Source: an uncultured Faecalicoccus sp.
Lineage (GTDB): Bacteria > Bacillota_I > Bacilli_A > Erysipelotrichales > Erysipelotrichaceae
Length of the DNA: 64,000 nt
Direction of reading: 5' to 3'
Assembly (NCBI RefSeq): GCF_944327125.1
Contig: NZ_CALVGO010000001.1
Span: 2,827-66,826, forward strand
Every line of letters starts with the position of its first letter. Position 1 is the stretch's first letter. Of the stretch, positions 18,511 to 26,263 are shown piece after piece. The translations under genes and the position numbers were made by a program. The notes under the pieces are model-generated. The model saw only the letters and a program-made list of their open reading frames with translations. It was not told the origin of the DNA and searched no databases.

Positions 18511-18531
18511 ATGATAAAGGAGGATTTTTTT

Positions 18532-19929
18532 ATGGACACTCTTTCCAATGTTTTGAGTCAGATCAATGATTTGGTCTGGGGATTGCCTTTGATTTGTTTA
18601 CTGTTGGGAACTGGCCTGTATTTTACCTTGCGGTTAGGCCTGTTACAGTTTCGCCGTCTTCCTTTGGCTTTTAAACTGATGTTTAAAAAAGAAGACCATA
18701 AAGAAGGCGATGTTTCCAGCTTTCAGGCCCTTTGTACCGCTTTATCCAGCACGATTGGAACCGGAAATATCGTAGGGGTAGCCACTGCCATTATTGCCGG
18801 AGGACCAGGTGCTTTATTCTGGATGTGGATTTCTGCCTTTTTAGGGATGGCCACAAAATATTCAGAAGGTCTTTTGGCAATCGTTTATCGGCAGCGGGAT
18901 GAAAAAGGACAGATGTCTGGCGGTCCAATGTATTATTTAGAAAAAGGGTTGAAACATAAAACTTTAGGAAAGATCTTAGCCCGCCTGTTTGCGGTATTTG
19001 GCGTAGGTGTGGCTTTGTTGGGGATTGGAACGTTTACCCAGGTTCGCTCGATTGCCGATGCGGCGCAGCTGACACTCAATATTCCCCCTCTGGTTACGGG
19101 AATCTTTCTTGTGGTGACTGTGGGCTTCATTACCATTGGTGGAATCAAGCGAATTGCTTCGGTTTCAGAAGTTATCGTTCCTTTTATGAGCGTTGCCTAT
19201 ATTGCCAGTGTTGTATTGATCATGATCACGCATTATCAAGCAATACCGGGAACTTTGGCTTTGGTTGTTCAATCGGCCTTTACGCCTTCGGCTGCTTTTG
19301 GCGGAAGTGTGGGTATCACGATGCAGATGGCGATGCGAAGCGGAATCAGCCGCGGAATTTTTAGTAATGAATCGGGATTGGGAAGTGCTCCGATTGCCGC
19401 AGCGGCCGCTAAGACCGATTCTTGTGTAGAACAAGGTTTAGTTTCTATGACGGGAACCTTTATAGATACGATCTGTGTTTGTACGATGACGGGGATGGCC
19501 ATCATCATTACCCAGTCATATTTGCTGGGCGTGGAAGGATCGGCTATGACGACCATCGCCTTTCAAAACGGATTTCCTATTGGAGAGATTGGCATCTATG
19601 TCGTGAATATTGGCTTGTTGTTCTTTGCGTTTACGACCATTATCGGTTGGAATTATTATGGGGAAAAGTGTATCCAGTATCTTCTGGGACAAAAAGCAAT
19701 CCTTCCTTATAAAATTCTTTTCATTGTCTTGATTGGAATCGGACCTTTTATGTCTTTGGATTTTGTCTTTACTTTAGCGGATATTGTTAATGGCTGTATG
19801 GCATTTCCTAACTTGATTGGTCTTGTGGCATTACGAAAAGTCGTTTACCAGGAAACGAAAGCTTATTTTATGAATTATCGCTGTGTGAAAGAAGCCCGAA
19901 AACAAGAGCTTGCTGCTAAATCGGCTTAA
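18532..19929 (+). CDS. sodium:alanine/glycine symporter (AGCS family)
   Basis: Polytopic protein with AGCS-family motifs GEVSSFQALCTALSSTIGTGNIVGVATAI and SNESGLGSAPIAAAAAKT. The ATG at 18532 lies 8 nt after AAGGAGG; the tracked start at 18511 contains that RBS. Confidence 0.88.
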   Translation: MDTLSNVLSQINDLVWGLPLICLLLGTGLYFTLRLGLLQFRRLPLAFKLMFKKEDHKEGDVSSFQALCTALSSTIGTGNIVGVATAIIAGGPGALFWMWISAFLGMATKYSEGLLAIVYRQRDEKGQMSGGPMYYLEKGLKHKTLGKILARLFAVFGVGVALLGIGTFTQVRSIADAAQLTLNIPPLVTGIFLVVTVGFITIGGIKRIASVSEVIVPFMSVAYIASVVLIMITHYQAIPGTLALVVQSAFTPSAAFGGSVGITMQMAMRSGISRGIFSNESGLGSAPIAAAAAKTDSCVEQGLVSMTGTFIDTICVCTMTGMAIIITQSYLLGVEGSAMTTIAFQNGFPIGEIGIYVVNIGLLFFAFTTIIGWNYYGEKCIQYLLGQKAILPYKILFIVLIGIGPFMSLDFVFTLADIVNGCMAFPNLIGLVALRKVVYQETKAYFMNYRCVKEARKQELAAKSA

Positions 19930-19960
19930 AACCAACTTTGGTAAATTTTTCACAAAAATA

Positions 19961-19990
19961 TTGACAAACGGATTTCTACAGGTTTAGTAT
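19961..19990 (+). promoter_or_regulatory. sigma-A-type promoter driving the FMN riboswitch and ribU
   Basis: TTGACA, 18-nt spacer, TAGTAT. Confidence 0.5.
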
Positions 19991-20003
19991 AAGGACGTAC
20001 AAA

Positions 20004-20112
20004 AAACTTCAGGGTCGGGTGAAATTCCCAATCGGCGGTCATACTCCGCGAGCCTTCGGGCAGGAATCGGTGCAATTCCGATAGCGACAGTTACAGTCTG
20101 GATGGAAGAAGG
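20004..20112 (+). promoter_or_regulatory. FMN riboswitch (RFN element)
   Basis: CTTCAGGGTCGGGTGAAATTCCCAATCGGCGGT ... CCGCGAGCC ... GGTGCAATTCCGATAGCGACAGT ... AGTCTGGATGGAAGAAGG matches the RFN core. Confidence 0.9.
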
Positions 20113-20148
20113 TTTTTTGAAATCCTTTTTTATCGTTTTTGTATCCTG

Positions 20149-20179
20149 AGAGGTTTTGTGACAAACCTCTTTTTCTTTT
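20149..20179 (+). terminator. FMN-riboswitch terminator hairpin
   Basis: AGAGGTTT-tgtgac-AAACCTCT perfect 8-bp stem followed by TTTTCTTTT. Confidence 0.75.
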
Positions 20180-20216
20180 GAAAAAGAGGGGGCTGATCTG
20201 TGAGGAGGTAATGAAT

Positions 20217-20831
20217 ATGTCAGCACAATCGACTGTCCAGTCAAAAACATCTCGTGTGCAATGGATCGCAAAGGTTTCGATTCTTTCGGCAGTTGCGTTT
20301 CTATTGATGCTCTTTGAGATCCCACTTCCGTTTTTTCCGCCTTTCTACGAACTTGGTTTTGATGAAGTAGCGGTCATGATTGGAGGATTTGCGATGGGAC
20401 CTCTGGCCGGGGCTTGCATTGAAACTTTAAAAATCGTTTTGAATTTATTGTTTCAAGGAACTGACACGGCTTGCGTGGGAGAAATTTCCAATCTTATTAT
20501 TGGTTTAGCTTTTGTGGTTCCTAGTTCCATCTACTACCAAAATCATAAGACGCGCAAAGGGGCTTTAATTTCCTTGATCATTGGAATTGTATCCTTGGCT
20601 GTAATTGGATCTTTGGCAAATTATTTTATCGCATTGCCGGCTTATTCTTATTTCTATGGCTTACCGATGGAAGCTATCATAAAAATGGGAACAACGCTGT
20701 TGCCGCTTGTTTCCAATACCTTTACTTTTGTCCTCTTTATGACATTGCCTTTCAATTTATTAAAAGGCTTGATTGTTGGAATTATCGTATTTATTTTATA
20801 CAAACGGATCTCACCTCTTCTGCATCGTTAA
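20217..20831 (+). CDS. ribU: riboflavin transporter, ECF S-component RibU type
   Basis: FMN riboswitch upstream. About 6 TM helices with ILSAVAFLLMLFEIPLPFFPPFYELGFDEVAVMIGGFAMGP. The ATG at 20217 is 8 nt from GAGGAGG. Confidence 0.85.
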   Translation: MSAQSTVQSKTSRVQWIAKVSILSAVAFLLMLFEIPLPFFPPFYELGFDEVAVMIGGFAMGPLAGACIETLKIVLNLLFQGTDTACVGEISNLIIGLAFVVPSSIYYQNHKTRKGALISLIIGIVSLAVIGSLANYFIALPAYSYFYGLPMEAIIKMGTTLLPLVSNTFTFVLFMTLPFNLLKGLIVGIIVFILYKRISPLLHR

Positions 20832-20856
20832 TTTTCGAGGTGAATCAAGTTCTCCT

Positions 20857-20882
20857 GCAGGGTGGATAACCCTGCTTTTTTT
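20857..20882 (+). terminator. Rho-independent terminator after ribU
   Basis: GCAGGG-tggataa-CCCTGC hairpin plus a run of 7 T. Confidence 0.8.
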
Positions 20883-20924
20883 GTTTGACAGATGGAGTAT
20901 TCCTTAGTATTATATTTAAGCACT

Positions 20925-21012
20925 GGAGAGTTGTCCGAGCGGTTTAAGGTGCAGTCTTGGAAAGGCTGTGTGGTTAACGCCACCAAGGGTTCGAATCCCT
21001 TACTCTCCGCCA
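20925..21012 (+). tRNA. tRNA-Ser (anticodon GGA)
   Basis: GGAGAGTTGTCCGAGCGGTTTAAGG...; anticodon stem CAGTC/GGCTG with loop TTGGAAA; long variable arm; TTCGAATCC T-loop; encoded CCA. Confidence 0.9.
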
Positions 21013-21162
21013 TTGCATGTAAAGTCCTTTTATCAAGGGCTTTTTTCATATATTGGTAATATATTGACTCAGATATCATAAAGTGTGTGAAAATATATTA
21101 TTTCCAGGATATTGAAATATTTTCTGATAGAATAGCTAGTATGGAAAGGTCAAAGTGAAATT

Positions 21163-21693
21163 ATGCGAGATCCTTATGAAGTTTTGGGCGTGTCTCGAGA
21201 CGCGTCTCCCGATGAAATAAAATCAGCGTATCGAAAACTGGCTAAAAAGTATCACCCGGATCTACATCCAGGGGATGAGGAATGTGCAAAAAAGATGCAG
21301 GAAGTGAATGCGGCATATGATCAAATCACAGATCCGGAAAAATATGGCAATCCTTCCTACCAACAATCCAATCCGTATGGCAATGCATATCAGGATCCGT
21401 TTAGTTATTTTTATAATCAGCAAAATCAAAACAACCAAAATACTCATTTTTTCTATTATGGACCGTTTGGGTTTAATTATTCATCCAATTCACAAAATAC
21501 TAGAGCGCGGGGTTCTTTCTTTAGAAATATGATCCTGTTGATCTTGATTTTTAATTTACTTTCTTACTGTACAAGAGTGGCTTACTTTTATCCTTATGGC
21601 TATGGAAATGAAAATAGGGAAGAAAGAGAGCAGGAAGAACAAAGAGACAACAACGATTCGTGGTGGAATAATGATGAAAGCGTAGCTGTTTGA
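21163..21693 (+). CDS. J-domain (DnaJ-like) protein with a Q/N/Y-rich linker and one TM helix
   Basis: [31 protein letters not shown] contains the HPD tripeptide. The rest has no DnaJ zinc finger or C-terminal domains. Confidence 0.8.
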   Translation: MRDPYEVLGVSRDASPDEIKSAYRKLAKKYHPDLHPGDEECAKKMQEVNAAYDQITDPEKYGNPSYQQSNPYGNAYQDPFSYFYNQQNQNNQNTHFFYYGPFGFNYSSNSQNTRARGSFFRNMILLILIFNLLSYCTRVAYFYPYGYGNENREEREQEEQRDNNDSWWNNDESVAV

Positions 21694-21708
21694 GACTACG
21701 CTTTTTTT
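21679..21708 (+). terminator. terminator hairpin spanning the stop codons of two convergent genes
   Basis: AGCGTAG-ctgtttgaga-CTACGCT hairpin plus a run of 7 T. The stem arms lie inside the last codons of both ORFs. Confidence 0.55.
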
Positions 21709-22532
21709 GATATTTCCTGATGGAGATAGTCTTTGTCTTCTTCCTTTTTTGTGGGAATAAAGAACTGGATAAAGGCAAACTGTTTTGAGTTCTTAGAATA
21801 GAAATAACTGAATATAGAAAACACTGTAGCGCCTACAAAATTTACGAAGAGATCGCTCATCGTGTCAATCAATCCAATATCTACATACCCCTTGTCGGAG
21901 ATGACTTCACCATTGATTGTCACTTCCTGGATCTCATCGATGGAAAAAGCAGGAAGCTGATCATCTACACCTGCACTGTGGATCTCTTGGATCAGAGTGT
22001 CTTTTTGAGTATCCATTCCAAAGAAGCGGTCCATGGAGTACTCGAAGAATTCCCACATTACGCCGATTGTCATGGAAAAGGTAAAGGAAACGATCGCAAA
22101 GAAAACAGGAGAGACAAAAAATTTGATCTTTTCTTTTTTATTCAATAGTCCGACCAATGAAAAACCGATGGCGGCGCATACAAAACCATTGATGGTGTGC
22201 AAAATCGTGTCCCAGTAAGGGATGGAGAAATAATAGTTATCGATTTCCCCCAGAATTTCGGCGGCATAAATAAAGACCAGGATCAATATTTCTAAAAAGA
22301 TGGGCAACTCAACTTTAAAAGTCAGCTGCACCAAACTGGGAACGATAAAAAGCAAAAGGGTCAGAACACAGACAAAGATGTTTTCATAATTCTGTGTGAA
22401 GATCTGACGAATCAATACTATGATGACCAAAGTTCTTAAGATCATATATACCGCAAAGGAGGACCGATGTTCTTTGATTTCTTTTGACAGGGCCTCTTTT
22501 AGGCAGAGTAAATACTTTTTTATCGATTGCAT
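21696..22532 (-). CDS. hypothetical polytopic membrane protein
   Basis: 278 aa with about 6 TM helices and a soluble insert; no family recognised by eye. Confidence 0.55.
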   Translation of the reverse strand: MQSIKKYLLCLKEALSKEIKEHRSSFAVYMILRTLVIIVLIRQIFTQNYENIFVCVLTLLLFIVPSLVQLTFKVELPIFLEILILVFIYAAEILGEIDNYYFSIPYWDTILHTINGFVCAAIGFSLVGLLNKKEKIKFFVSPVFFAIVSFTFSMTIGVMWEFFEYSMDRFFGMDTQKDTLIQEIHSAGVDDQLPAFSIDEIQEVTINGEVISDKGYVDIGLIDTMSDLFVNFVGATVFSIFSYFYSKNSKQFAFIQFFIPTKKEEDKDYLHQEISKKA

Positions 22533-23278
22533 TTAATGTCTCCCTGACGAATGAAAAAGTAATAAGATAGAATTCCTCCGGCAATCGCTACATTCAGGCT
22601 TTCAAATGAGGCCATTTCAATTTTTATGGTTTGATGACAAAGCTCGATCAATTCCGGATGGACGCCTTGTCCTTCATTTCCTAACACAATACCATAGCTT
22701 TCGGGTACCTGGACGCGATCGAGGGGCACCGATTGACTGTGTAAACTTGTGGCATAGATATTCATTCCGTTGTTTTTGAAATTCGGAATGGTAAAGATCA
22801 AATCGGTATATATAACAGGTACATGAAACAAAGCTCCCTGGGATGATTGGATCGTTTTCGGATTGTAGATATCGGCGCAACCGGATGAGCAGTAGACGGC
22901 CTCGATTCCAAAGGCAAGAGCCGTTCTTATGATCGTACCTACGTTGCCTGGATCTTGTACATCATCCAGGAATAAAGCCCTGTGAATGGGATGGGATGTC
23001 CATTCCATTTTCTTGCACAGGCCGATGATTTTTGCCTGTGAATTTTGTACTGAAAGTTTCTGCAGGACCGGTTTGGTACAATAAGTCAAAGGTACATTCA
23101 AAGAAAGCTTTTCATCCTGCAAAATGAAAACTTCTTTTAAACATCCAGCTTCATACGCTTCATGGACAAGATGTTGTCCTTCGACAAGAAAGAGATTTGT
23201 TTTATCTCTTTCTTTTTTTTTGTGCAGCTTGGTTAGCTCACGAATGGTTTTATTTTGAGTAGATTCTATCAATTTCAT
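22520..23278 (-). CDS. TrmH/SpoU-family RNA 2-prime-O-methyltransferase
   Basis: C-terminal SPOUT motifs LDDVQDPGNVGTIIRTA, IVLGNEGQGV and SLNVAIAGGI. Confidence 0.85.
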   Translation of the reverse strand: MKLIESTQNKTIRELTKLHKKKERDKTNLFLVEGQHLVHEAYEAGCLKEVFILQDEKLSLNVPLTYCTKPVLQKLSVQNSQAKIIGLCKKMEWTSHPIHRALFLDDVQDPGNVGTIIRTALAFGIEAVYCSSGCADIYNPKTIQSSQGALFHVPVIYTDLIFTIPNFKNNGMNIYATSLHSQSVPLDRVQVPESYGIVLGNEGQGVHPELIELCHQTIKIEMASFESLNVAIAGGILSYYFFIRQGDIKCNR

Positions 23279-23829
23279 GGCTTTATTGTATCACGCTTAT
23301 GTAAAAACGCCAGTATATATAAAACCATGTTGACCAAACAGGAAAAGGCTGTTTCTGCACTGGATGTGATATGTCCGGGAAACAGTAAAAGAAAGGCACA
23401 GAACATAAAAACAAACAATAGGAAGCGTTCATATCGGTCAAGGTTTCCTTTCCAATAGAAATAATACAGCCATTCCATGATGAAACAAGTAACCGAAGCG
23501 ATGGCTATCCAGATATGCAGATCATTGATCCAGGAACTTTGATCCAAAGAATATGGAATGATGCAGGATAAGACCATGAGGATACAGATCAGTGTGTGAA
23601 AAAATCCTGGATAGGGGAAATTCGTTTTATCCCAGATAACCTTTGAAAGATAATAAAAGCCCCATGCACTGCTGATGGCCCAGAGAATCAAATAGATAGG
23701 ATGCCCCATTTGGTTTCCAATGTGACTTTGGTTATCAAAAAAAGGGTCGATCACAAAGAATGGATATAAGTTTAAACAGAGATTCAGAATCCAGACATGG
23801 ATCAATGATAAGTATTTTGTGTATCGCAT
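23275..23829 (-). CDS. hypothetical membrane protein (about 5 TM helices)
   Basis: Hydrophobic 184-aa ORF whose stop overlaps the methyltransferase start by 4 nt. Confidence 0.5.
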   Translation of the reverse strand: MRYTKYLSLIHVWILNLCLNLYPFFVIDPFFDNQSHIGNQMGHPIYLILWAISSAWGFYYLSKVIWDKTNFPYPGFFHTLICILMVLSCIIPYSLDQSSWINDLHIWIAIASVTCFIMEWLYYFYWKGNLDRYERFLLFVFMFCAFLLLFPGHITSSAETAFSCLVNMVLYILAFLHKRDTIKP

Positions 23830-23898
23830 AAAAGAATTTTAAATATTTTTTACGAATTTGTCATTTCTTTTCGTATTTATTAGTGAGGTTGAAAAGAG

Positions 23899-24885
23899 GT
23901 GATTGATTTGAACGATTGGATCCGCGTTCTCTCTAAGAATCCATCTGTGCTGGAAACCATATTGAACGATCCAATGAAATTAGATCTGAGTGTATTTGAC
24001 AAGATGGCTCACGACGATTTCAGTCTTCGAAGTGCTCTGCACGATCCCAAACGAGGTATCATCCACTATTCGATTGAGGGACTGGTTAGTCTCGAAGATT
24101 TTTTGAATCAGGTAACTTTTGAAGATAGAGAAGGATATCTTTTTCTGGATCAACTTTTTGAGACAGCCATCGCGGTCAATCGAAACAAACCGGTTTTGTT
24201 TGATCCATCTTATGTGTTTGTATCTCCCTATGGCGACAAGTTCTATTTTCTTGTCGTTCCCATTATGCTGGAGGAATGGATGTTTCAAAAGGAACAGATC
24301 TCATCATGGGTCCAGTATCTTTCCAAACATTTCAAAACACATACGGCGTATGAAATCATCGGCTATATGCTGAGTCTTTCCCAAAGTGATGAATTTTCCT
24401 TACCCAATCTGATTTCCGGTTTGGTCAATTTAAAGGATCATTATTATCCGAAAAAAAGACATTTCTTTTCTATTCCAAAGAAAGAACGGTTTTATTTAAA
24501 AGAACCGGTGCACTCTCTTTACTATGATGCATACTCTTCGGCTTCCAAGGTAGTACATGAAGAAAATGGTACACAGGTCTTAGGTGAGCCTTTGGTAGGC
24601 AAAGCCTATTTGATCCAAGAAGATACCCAGGAGAAGTTCATGATCCAGTTTGAATCCACGGTTGTCGGCCGTACAGTATCTTGCGATATTCAGTTATTGG
24701 AAGATTCAATATCCTTAAAACATGCCGAAATACTTTATGAGAATCAACGATACTATATCAAAGATCTGAAAAGCCGAAACAAGACCTTTCTTAACGGAAA
24801 ACAGGTGATTCGAAAGATGCGTTTAAAAGAAGGAATGCGGATTCAATTTGGGAATATAAACTTCATTTTCCATGAAACTGGATGA
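23899..24885 (+). CDS. FHA-domain protein (unknown N-terminal domain plus C-terminal FHA); first gene of the T7SS-like operon
   Basis: C-terminal VVGRTVSCDIQLLEDSISLKHAEILYENQRYYIKDLKSRNKTFLNGKQV is a canonical FHA core. The start is uncertain: GTG 23899 or TTG 23908. Confidence 0.75.
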   Translation: MIDLNDWIRVLSKNPSVLETILNDPMKLDLSVFDKMAHDDFSLRSALHDPKRGIIHYSIEGLVSLEDFLNQVTFEDREGYLFLDQLFETAIAVNRNKPVLFDPSYVFVSPYGDKFYFLVVPIMLEEWMFQKEQISSWVQYLSKHFKTHTAYEIIGYMLSLSQSDEFSLPNLISGLVNLKDHYYPKKRHFFSIPKKERFYLKEPVHSLYYDAYSSASKVVHEENGTQVLGEPLVGKAYLIQEDTQEKFMIQFESTVVGRTVSCDIQLLEDSISLKHAEILYENQRYYIKDLKSRNKTFLNGKQVIRKMRLKEGMRIQFGNINFIFHETG

Positions 24886-26254
24886 TAGCCGATATCGAGT
24901 TGTGGAAAACTATCACATGTCATTCAATAGCCGCGTTGATCTCGTGGAAGATCAGTTAACAGGAAAGAGATATATCTCGAAGTCAATCGATTTAAACAAA
25001 AGTACACCTGTCTTGATTCATCAATTGAAAACAGAGATCCATATTCTTTCTTTGTTGAATGATGTGCACGTACCGCAGCTATCGGATGTGATACTTTCTC
25101 ATGACTCTATGAGCTTGATTGAAACAAAAATTGATGGAATACGCCTGGATCAAATCCAAAATCGATGGACAGTTCTCAGATATCGAAAAAGATGGGCGTT
25201 GGAATTGATGCACCTCTTGGAAACCCTTCACCAATTCGGTTTTCTTTATATCGATGTAAAAAAAGAAAATCTAATTGTATCGAAAAACCATCTCTTTCTC
25301 ATCGATTTCAACGCTTGTATTCCTATTCATTCTGTTCAGGCTTGTATGGCCTCTCCCTCAAATGAGGCTCCTGAATTGAAAACTAAAAGTAGAAAGGAGG
25401 TATACACAGATATTTATGCATTGGGATCGCTGATGACGAGTTTTTATCATTTTGGTTTTCTTAAAATATGGATTCGAAAATGTATGCGTGTAACACCGCA
25501 AAAGAGATATCCAAGTATCTCTAGGACTCGTTTCAGTTATCTGATGTTCCTTTATGTCCAAAGAATTTTGATGATCTGTGTTTTTATATTTCTGTCTGTT
25601 TTCTGGATCTTTCAAAATTCTTTGGCGTATGAAGGGACACTGATGGAAAAGTATCGGGAAGAGATCATGGAAATCACAGGTACAAGGCAGGAAAAAACAC
25701 AGATTGTTCTTCATGACTGGATCGTAAAAGGAAAACTTAAAAAAGGATCTTTTGACGATAATCAAACCGCAAAGTATTTTTTGAATCAAGCTTTATTGAC
25801 AAGAAATGTCGAAGTAATTCGATACATTGTGCAAAACATACCGAAATCTATCGTAAAAGAGATCTATGTTCCTTATCAAATGGCAAGGATGATATCAAGC
25901 CCGGACAAACCAATGTCGCAGAAACAGATTCTGAAACTTTTGCGTGCTATAGAAAAAGAAAAAGATCTTTTAACCCGTGTAGACAACCTTCAGCTCTTTG
26001 AAGAAATATTACTGGAAAAAGAAAGAGTCTTATCAACAGAAAATGTCCAGTATCTATCAACGATTCATCATAGATGGACCAACCAGCAAATGAAGGAAAA
26101 TCAGGAGATATTTTTAAAGTTGGCTTGTACTCATGGGGAATACTGTCTTTATCTGGAAACCAGGGGGTTCAAGAAACAGACGTTGCCAGATAACTATATA
26201 GAGATGTTTAAAGAGGATCAAACGTTCAAAAAAATCATGAAGATGATGGAATAG
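24872..26254 (+). CDS. membrane protein with a cytoplasmic Hanks-type kinase-like domain, one TM helix and an extracytoplasmic C-domain (EssB/YukC position and topology)
   Basis: Kinase subdomain motifs: K in RYISKSI, E in LKTEIHIL, YIDVKKENL (catalytic loop D-x-K-x-x-N), DFN (DFG-like), APE, DIYALGSL. There is no Gly-rich loop. TM helix at about 25532-25612. The start overlaps the previous stop by 14 nt. Confidence 0.7.
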   Translation: MKLDDSRYRVVENYHMSFNSRVDLVEDQLTGKRYISKSIDLNKSTPVLIHQLKTEIHILSLLNDVHVPQLSDVILSHDSMSLIETKIDGIRLDQIQNRWTVLRYRKRWALELMHLLETLHQFGFLYIDVKKENLIVSKNHLFLIDFNACIPIHSVQACMASPSNEAPELKTKSRKEVYTDIYALGSLMTSFYHFGFLKIWIRKCMRVTPQKRYPSISRTRFSYLMFLYVQRILMICVFIFLSVFWIFQNSLAYEGTLMEKYREEIMEITGTRQEKTQIVLHDWIVKGKLKKGSFDDNQTAKYFLNQALLTRNVEVIRYIVQNIPKSIVKEIYVPYQMARMISSPDKPMSQKQILKLLRAIEKEKDLLTRVDNLQLFEEILLEKERVLSTENVQYLSTIHHRWTNQQMKENQEIFLKLACTHGEYCLYLETRGFKKQTLPDNYIEMFKEDQTFKKIMKMME

Positions 26255-26263
26255 GAGGCGATT

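Noticed and set aside
20828-21079. 83-aa minus-strand ORF
   Set aside because: It overlaps the tRNA-Ser gene and the ribU terminator. The tRNA cloverleaf explains the sequence.
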